25,736 nucleotides of DNA from the NCBI GenBank assembly GCA_049724395.1, contig JAUGWO010000119.1:62001-87736 (forward strand), written 5' to 3'. The notes under the pieces are model-generated. The model did no database searches. It saw nothing but the letters and a program-made list of their open reading frames with translations, and was not told where the DNA came from. Source of the DNA: Spongospora subterranea f. sp. subterranea. Its lineage: Eukaryota. Positions 18,781 through 25,736 of this stretch are shown one piece after another (position 1 is the stretch's first letter; every line of letters starts with the position of its first letter). A program made the translations under genes and the position numbers.

Positions 18781-20378
18781 TATACTCGGGACGCAGAACC
18801 GGGACCGCCTTCAACAACCAGTCCTCCACCGACCAATATCAATCACCGAGTGAACAAACCTCCGGTTCGGCTGTACTTTACCGCCACACAACCCCGTTAC
18901 GGACTTTACGGACATTGTACTAGCGCCATGGATCACGTCATATTAATGAAGTCTCGGTCAAGGATTGCACTCGTGGGAAAACCCTAGATTGACCTCCGAA
19001 CCCCTAGATCACCTCCGAGAACCCTTTCTGGCAAACGCCCTCGGACGGGCGGGGAGTCGGTCCTGACTGCGCATTTCCTGTCACTAACGTCGCGCAAATC
19101 TGTCCCTTACAGTCTCGCACATTTTAATCCGCCATGTATCGCCATCTGTTCGGCATCGTCATGTATTGATGACCAACAGGAACATACTTCAACACCACTC
19201 CATCAGTGAATTACGGTCATGAATTGGCCATCGATAATCACAGCGTTGATCACAGAATTTACCACGTTGATATCATAATCGTAGAACAGGATTTGAACAG
19301 TTTTCGATCAACTTTATAAATAATGTGATATTATTGGCCGCCTATCTCATCTCTATAGATTGTTTGACCTGCGAGATGAACATCCGGATGTGCCCGACAG
19401 ATCGCTTATTGTCACCCAGAGGTTGAAGTACGACATTCGATGGCGTTTTATGAATTTTGACACCAAAAACCGTAGTTCGCAATGGTTAAATCTCGAAAGC
19501 TGTTTGGGTCGCTAAGAGTCGCGTTTAGAACAACCAAAGGCCAGAGCTGAAGCACCGTTAAACCAATGATTGAAACGCGCTCTGGGTCATTGGACCGAGA
19601 GGAGAGCGACCAGCGGAAGTGCTATTCAACAGATGTTGAAATTGAAGAGTAATTGATTGGAATTAGGTGTGATAAAGATATGGGGTGAGATAATGTGTTG
19701 TGGTCGTGAACAATCCGGAACATGAAATGATTGGGGAAGGTGGTTACGGGAGGAACAGGATCTAGTCTATTGACCGAATTAATCAAGAGTATAACAGACC
19801 CAACGAAGCTTTTCAGGTTCAAATTGTCGATTAACGTCAGGTCAACAAAAACCATTTGTCGATAATAGTATTAGCACAATATTGCATTGACACTGCTTCC
19901 GCCATGATGTTCTTTATCAAGATCGGCTGCTCTGTCAATGTTCATCATCGCCACATTGTTCTATGAAACGGCGATTGGACAAGATTTCTATTCAGATAAT
20001 AACACAAAATATTGTTTGATCTTGAGCGTTTTCGGGAAAGTTTAGGCGACGAATTTCCTCGCGCGTGACGAGGTCCACATTATACCACAAATTGAGGTCT
20101 AATATTGAAGGGCAAATCAAGCTCAAACAATAACAACGATGAACAGTGGACAGACGATTGGCCCAATGGTGTGGCGCTATGGGTGGTCTGACTCCAGTAT
20201 CAACTACCCATCGAGGGGCAACGCCTCCCCAATCAGTTCGCCACACTGCTCAAACAGCGATTTGGATATCGTGTGTGAACAGAACGTTAGGGGGATAGCG
20301 ATGTGCATCGGTTATAGCGAGATCGGCGACTTTATCCAACAGAATCACCATCGATCTAGGTATTAAGAAGCAGTTGAC
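18781..20378. repeat. Segmental duplication, copy 1 (true right end not visible)
   Basis: 18781-18981 aligns with 23480-23676 and 18985-20378 aligns with 24339-25736, with scattered substitutions and small indels. Confidence 0.96.
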
Positions 20379-20932
20379 GATTTATGTGTGAGAATATCTG
20401 ACGAAACTCAAGATATAATAACGGGCAATCGCTGAGAAAAACAATTACCAGAAGATTCAGATGTTGCACACACGGGCAGTTCTGGCCCAATTCATTTGCC
20501 CAATTCTAAACGATCCTTGAACCATTCGACTATCAAATCCATGAACAATACAACCGTTCTCGTGCTCATCGTTGGTTTCTCTTTCGAATGAAAACAATAT
20601 CAAGATCTGCACCGTTCGAACACATTTCTACAGCTGGACGGGCCTTGGGGAGATGTTCATCACATCTGAAACATGACACACCTTAATATCTGTTCAAACC
20701 GCCATGTTCCGATATGACACACGTTTATAGTCTGATTGATCTGGTGAATATGGCGATTATCGTATAAGATCAGACCCATATTATTATCATCTTTCGAAAA
20801 ACAACTTCATCATCTTCCTCAACGCGATTTTTGATGATCCATTTATCGTTTACAGTCCCAGTTCGGTGGAAAGGAGCGTCTTCCCGAGTAAAACATTAGA
20901 CGATATGATGTTGTTAATAATATATTAAGCGA

Positions 20933-21910
20933 TTATCGTTTGATTGTGAGAGAATGATCATCGTCCAGATTAAACTCGACAATGTCCTTCATATTCAATA
21001 CTATACCCATATTCTGTCCATCGTAATCGGTTCCAGCTCCATCTACTTCAACAGATGGACCGGATTTGAGTCTGGGAGACGGTGAGGGCGATGGCGATGG
21101 CGACGGTGACGAATACTGTGATCGGATCGCCCATTGCCGTATTCTGTGTAATTCAATATTCCGATAGAGGAAATGTTGATTCGGTTTGCGGTGATTGGTC
21201 CCCTTGTTGGCCGCCCTCTTCTCCTCCTCCTTCCGATTGATCTCCTCGATCAGCTCCTCCTCCTTCCTGTCCCTGTACAGTATCGCCCTCTCCTCCTTCC
21301 TCGCCCTCTTCAGCTCCTCATATTTCACCTGTCTTTCAATGAACCCCTTCATCCTCTCGTGATCGTGTCCCCCTTTCCTCTTCCCCATCGTCCTCCCCTG
21401 TTCCTGTTCCCCCCTCGGTCGCCCTCTCTCCTTCCCTCGTCCAGTCTCCACCGCCTTCCCCGTCTCAATCCTGGTCCTATATTTGCTCTTCTCAGCCAAT
21501 CGTGCCGATCTGGCCGTTATAATCGGTCTATCGACACCGTTTCGATGGGACGGTTGAATTGGCTGGGAATTGTGGGCTGGATCTCATGGAGAGGCAACCA
21601 CTGCACCTCCTCAATATATGGCTTGCCCCTAATACTCACTTTTCACCTGTAGCGCCATCTCCTGTCGTTCACAGAACGCCTTGACCGCCTCTTTACTGAC
21701 GCCCTGTTCGTGTTCCTCCCTCCCTCTCTCGTCCTTGGCCATCGCCCATGGCAGATCCTTGATCGGTCGCCCAACCCGATCCCAAACCCGCTCTTTACAA
21801 TAATCCTGAACCCGAATCAGTCGTCGCCAACCGCTCGTGATCTCTGGCCGGAATGTGCACCCTTTATCGTCATCCTGATTCGGGACCGGTTCCGCCAGTT
21901 TTGGGCGAAA
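20933..21910 (-). pseudogene. Disrupted gene for a charged coiled-coil protein with CTFxP-type motif
   Basis: Frame-broken translation: DDKGCTFRPEIT, KAFCERQEMALQVK, PIITARSARLAEKSK, ERMKGFIERQVKYEELKRARKEE, with an SP repeat. Stops and frameshifts are present upstream of 21499, and I could not resolve clean introns. Confidence 0.5.
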
Positions 21911-22033
21911 TGATTTACTGGCGCGTTGAGCTAATACCCGGCTATGATGAAGTGATGCCCAGACCTTTTAAAACACGCGGTCACCAGGGAACAACGGATT
22001 TGATTTTTATTTCTTGAATTTTTTTATCGGCGG

Positions 22034-23476
22034 TCACTCGGGTGTAAGTGACATCCACGGTGGTAGAAACCTCAGAGTTAACCGGGGAGGGGACTGGGAC
22101 TGTGGTCTTTCAGGACGTTCAGTGATCTCGTCGTGGAAGTGACGCTGGTTGGCGCGAATAAGATTCAGGGAGTCCACGAGCGCGTCGACGTCCACATTGA
22201 TCAATGTGTCGGGAACCACTTTCGTGTCACTCCATCGCAGGAACACGTCGCGTTCATGTGGGGCGAAGTGGTGGTCAGGTCGCGACTCAGTCAGCGCGTT
22301 GACTAGCCATGCATTCACGGGTACACCCACTGTGTCAAGGGCTACTTGGAACTGAGTCTTCCAGCCGTGGGTTTCGAGTATGACTTTGGCAAGTGCGTAC
22401 TTGCGGTGCTTGACAGACACAGCCAGGATGAATGACAACGCAGGGTGTGTGTAGTACGGGTAGCCGAATGGCATGTTGGGCACCTCATCTTTCTCAAGTT
22501 CACAAGAGCTAAACGCGGCAATGAGTGCTTTGATCTCAGCGCTAGTGGTGGGGATGGATAGCAGATCTTCCAGCTGGACAACGTACGAGTGTATCTCTGC
22601 CCACGCGGACTCTGGATCTTCATTGCACTTCACCACCAGCTCGTCCCACACACTGCTACCCAGCCAGAGTTCTCTGTAGCGGGTATCAATAGGTCCAACT
22701 GTCTCTGGGTACCGATACCACTCGGGAGCGATACAAAAGTCGCCCACGGATTCCTTCATAGCCGCCCTCAGGAGGTGAAGGGGGATCCGGCTCAGAATCG
22801 GCTCCGGCATACTAAGTACCCACTTCCCGAGGAACCTAGATGACCAGTTGCCAACGCAGATCGTGAATGGAGGAAGTTGAAGTGTGACGAAACTCGGCAC
22901 CACACATTCCCAATTCACACTCTCTAACATCGCTTCGTGCAGTTCCTGTGAGTCCATATCACTCATTATGTTCCAAAAACGCACACAGACGCTGGATCTT
23001 GCGATGATGAAATACCGTGTAACTCTCAAGCATCCCATGAGCAACGCACCAGCAAGCAGCAACTGGCACTCGGCAGAAGCTGTCGCGGGCATGGGAATCT
23101 CATCAGCAGTATTTGCATAGTAGTCGAGTGGGGCGCGACCCAGCTGTACGAGAGCTTCATCACTGAAACTAGAGCTGGACAACGCCAGTTCGTATGCGAC
23201 AGCGGCCTCCCTGAACTCGGGTGGAAGGCGATTATTCTCAAACGAGAACGTACCGTCGGAATCATTCCACTGGATTCCACTCAGCCAGTAGCGTCTGAAG
23301 TGGCTAGGGGAAGACTTCACCGTCATGCCATTCCTGGACACCACCACTTCCTCGTCTCGTTCAAGCTCTTGATGCAAATGGGATGACGAAACGGGAACGC
23401 ATGGACGGAATTCCACGGCATGCTCGAATGACAACATTTGCCCTCCAACGCAGTTGATTCTCCCAATCTCCCCCAA
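22034..23476 (-). CDS. Hypothetical protein, uninterrupted ORF of 467-480 aa, no family recognised
   Basis: A 1443-nt open frame with protein-like composition. The first ATG is at 23437, an AT-rich tract follows the stop, and the 5' end abuts the duplication junction at 23480. Confidence 0.7.
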   Translation of the reverse strand: MGEIGRINCVGGQMLSFEHAVEFRPCVPVSSSHLHQELERDEEVVVSRNGMTVKSSPSHFRRYWLSGIQWNDSDGTFSFENNRLPPEFREAAVAYELALSSSSFSDEALVQLGRAPLDYYANTADEIPMPATASAECQLLLAGALLMGCLRVTRYFIIARSSVCVRFWNIMSDMDSQELHEAMLESVNWECVVPSFVTLQLPPFTICVGNWSSRFLGKWVLSMPEPILSRIPLHLLRAAMKESVGDFCIAPEWYRYPETVGPIDTRYRELWLGSSVWDELVVKCNEDPESAWAEIHSYVVQLEDLLSIPTTSAEIKALIAAFSSCELEKDEVPNMPFGYPYYTHPALSFILAVSVKHRKYALAKVILETHGWKTQFQVALDTVGVPVNAWLVNALTESRPDHHFAPHERDVFLRWSDTKVVPDTLINVDVDALVDSLNLIRANQRHFHDEITERPERPQSQSPPRLTLRFLPPWMSLTPE

Positions 23477-23479
23477 CTC

Positions 23480-25736
23480 TATACTCGAGACGCAGAACCG
23501 GGACCGCCTTCAACAACCAGTCCTCCACCGACAAATATCAATCACCGAGTGATCAAACCTCCGGTTCGGCTGTACTTTACCGCCACACAACCCCGTTACG
23601 GACTTTACGGACATTGTACTAGCGCCATGGATCACGTCATATGAAGTCTCGGTCAAGAATGGCACTCGTGGGAAAAGTGTTCTTGCATTAGTAGCACTGA
23701 TCCCTACCGTATTTCGAAAGCGCTTCCAGGCCTACGCTAGTCTGATACGCGTCGGGCGGGTTCCCCCAAGCAGGATCGCCATCATAAAACGAGATAACCC
23801 GTGTATTCAGTCTAGTCCACAATGGCTGGTCCCCTCTTACAGGTGCAAATAAACGGTTTTCAGTTTTACAGAATCGCAACAATAAAATGCAAGCGATTCA
23901 AGTGATCGTAACTGCAATTTTTGAACAATCGCTTTTTTATCTTGGCTTGTAGCCGACTTTTGAGTAACCCATCGAATGGTCGGTACATTTAATTGTCATG
24001 TCCACAACGTTTGACTGCACTCTTTTGTTTCCGATGCAATCTGAGGTCGGTCAAATTGTTTTGATACCAAGTTGAGTATCACCCTTTCGGGTTGAATGCT
24101 TAACGAGGTCTAGTAGAGACAATGTTCAGATTGATGAACGAGGATCACATGATACATAGGTAGATGTATTGGCCCAGGGTCTCTAATTGTCTATTCCGTT
24201 ATAGTCGAGTATTCCATTGCAAGTGCTACGATGTGCGAGTCCTTCAATCGAGACCCGTCGTTGCTGCATTGTATCACGACATCGTAACGCCACCGTATTG
24301 TCAACCAATGTCTGGCTGTCAATAGTGGCGCAGAACTTTAGATTGTCCTCCGAACCCCTAGATCACCTCCGAGAACCCTTTCTGGAAAACGCCCTCGGAC
24401 GGGCGGGGAGTCGGTCCTGACTGCGCATTTCCTGTCACCAACGTCGCGCAAATCTGTCCCTTACAGTCTCGCACATTTTAAATCCGCCATGTATCGCCAT
24501 CTGTTCGGCATCGTCATGTATTGATGACCAACAGGAACATACTTCAACACCACTCCATCAGTGAATTACGGTCATGAATTGGCCATCGATAATCACAGCG
24601 TTGATCACAGAATTTGCCACGTTGATATCATAATTGTAGAACAGGAATTGACCAGTTTTCGATCAACTTTATAAATAGTGTGAAATTATTATTGGCCGCC
24701 TATCTCATCTCAATAGATTGTTTGACCTGCGAGTGCCCGTCCGGATATGCCCGACAGATCGCTTATTGTCACCCAGAGGTTGAAGTACGACATTCGATGG
24801 CGTTCTATGAAAATTGGCACCAAAAACCGTAGTTCGCAATGGTTAAATCTCGAAAGCCGTTTGGGTCATTAGGAGTCGCGTTTAAAACAACCAAAGGCCA
24901 GAGCTGAAGCACCGTTAAACCAATGATTGAAAAGCGCTCTGGGTCATTGGACCGAGAGGAGAGCGACCAGCGGAAGTGCTATTCAACAGATGTTGAAATT
25001 GAAGAGCAATTGATTGGAATTAGGTGTGATAGAGATATGGGGTGAGATAATGTGGTGTGGTCGTGAACAATCCGGAACATGAAATGATTGGGGAAGGTGG
25101 TTACGGGAGCAACAGGATCTAGTCTATTGACCGAATTAATCAAGAGTATAACAGACCCAACGAAGCTTTTCAGGTTCAAATTGTCGATTAACGTCAGGTC
25201 AACAAAAACCATTTGTCGATAATAGTATTAGCACAATATTGCATTGACACTGCTTCCGCCATGATGTTCTTCATCAAGATCGGCTGCTCTGTCAATGTTC
25301 ATCATCGCCACATTGTGCTATGAAACTGCGATCGGACAAGATTTCTATGCAGATAATAACACAAAATATTGTTTGATCTTGAGCGGTTTCGGGAAAGTTT
25401 AGGCGACGAATTTCCTCGCGCGTGACGAGGTCCACATTATACCACAAATCGATGTCAAATATTGAAGGGCAAATCAAGCTCAAACAATAATAACGATCAA
25501 CAGTGGACAGACGACTGGCCCAATGGTGTGGCGCTATGGGTGGTCTGACTCCAGTATCAACTACCCTTCGAGGGGCAACGCCTCCCCAATCAGTTCGCCA
25601 CACTCCTCAAACAGCGATTTGGATATCGTGTGTGAACAGAACGTTAGGGGGATAGCGATGTGCATCGGTTATAGCGAGATCGGCGACTTTATCCAACAGA
25701 ATCACCATCGATCTAGGTATCAAGAAGCAGTTGACG
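23480..25736. repeat. Segmental duplication, copy 2, with a ~660-bp extra segment at 23677-24338; runs off the window end
   Basis: Direct alignment by eye with 18781-20378. Confidence 0.96.
24183..24338 (-). pseudogene. 5'-truncated fragment resembling the C-terminal anticodon-binding domain of alpha2-type glycyl-tRNA synthetase
   Basis: Translation KFCATIDSQTLVDNTVALRCRDTMQQRRVSIEGLAH..* fits the GlyRS C-terminal pattern PFC.T.D..TL.D.TVT.R.RDTM.Q.R..I..L. It begins at the insertion junction. Confidence 0.72.

Noticed and set aside
18978..18986. AAAACCCTA telomere-like or telo-box motif upstream of PABP
   Set aside because: A single 9-mer is not distinguishable from chance.
19622..20366. 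ORFs of 75-103 aa conserved between the duplicated copies
   Set aside because: Conservation reflects recent duplication, the stop position differs between copies, and no motif is recognised.
21173..21652. 159-aa Leu/Pro-rich plus-strand ORF
   Set aside because: It is the antisense of the purine-rich Glu/Lys/Arg coding strand.

Overview
Eukaryotic DNA with short GT-AG introns (mostly 47-67 nt), probably from a protist. A plasmodiophorid-like plant parasite is an untested guess based on gene content. From left to right: a 58/52-bp minisatellite; a 12-exon gene, missed by the ORF track, for a secreted protein with five hevein/CBM18-like domains (1409-3120 +); a 3-exon PQ-loop transporter (3846-4800 +); and two intronless, signal-peptide-bearing, short phytochelatin-synthase-like paralogues (4940-5659 - and 14719-15435 -). 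The paralogues are separated by a ~8.5 kb nest of dead transposons (Ty1/Copia, PIF/Harbinger, chromodomain Ty3/Gypsy). Next come a 3-exon poly(A)-binding protein gene (16591-18586 -) and a direct segmental duplication (18781 onward vs 23480 onward) whose second copy carries a glycyl-tRNA-synthetase-like fragment. The copies flank a coiled-coil pseudogene and an intronless orphan ORF. The most striking structure is at least eight local, slightly diverged inverted duplications (fold-backs) inside the transposon nest, with none seen in the host genes. One replaces the Copia RT YVDD motif and one truncates the Harbinger transposase. All calls were made by eye, without database searches.
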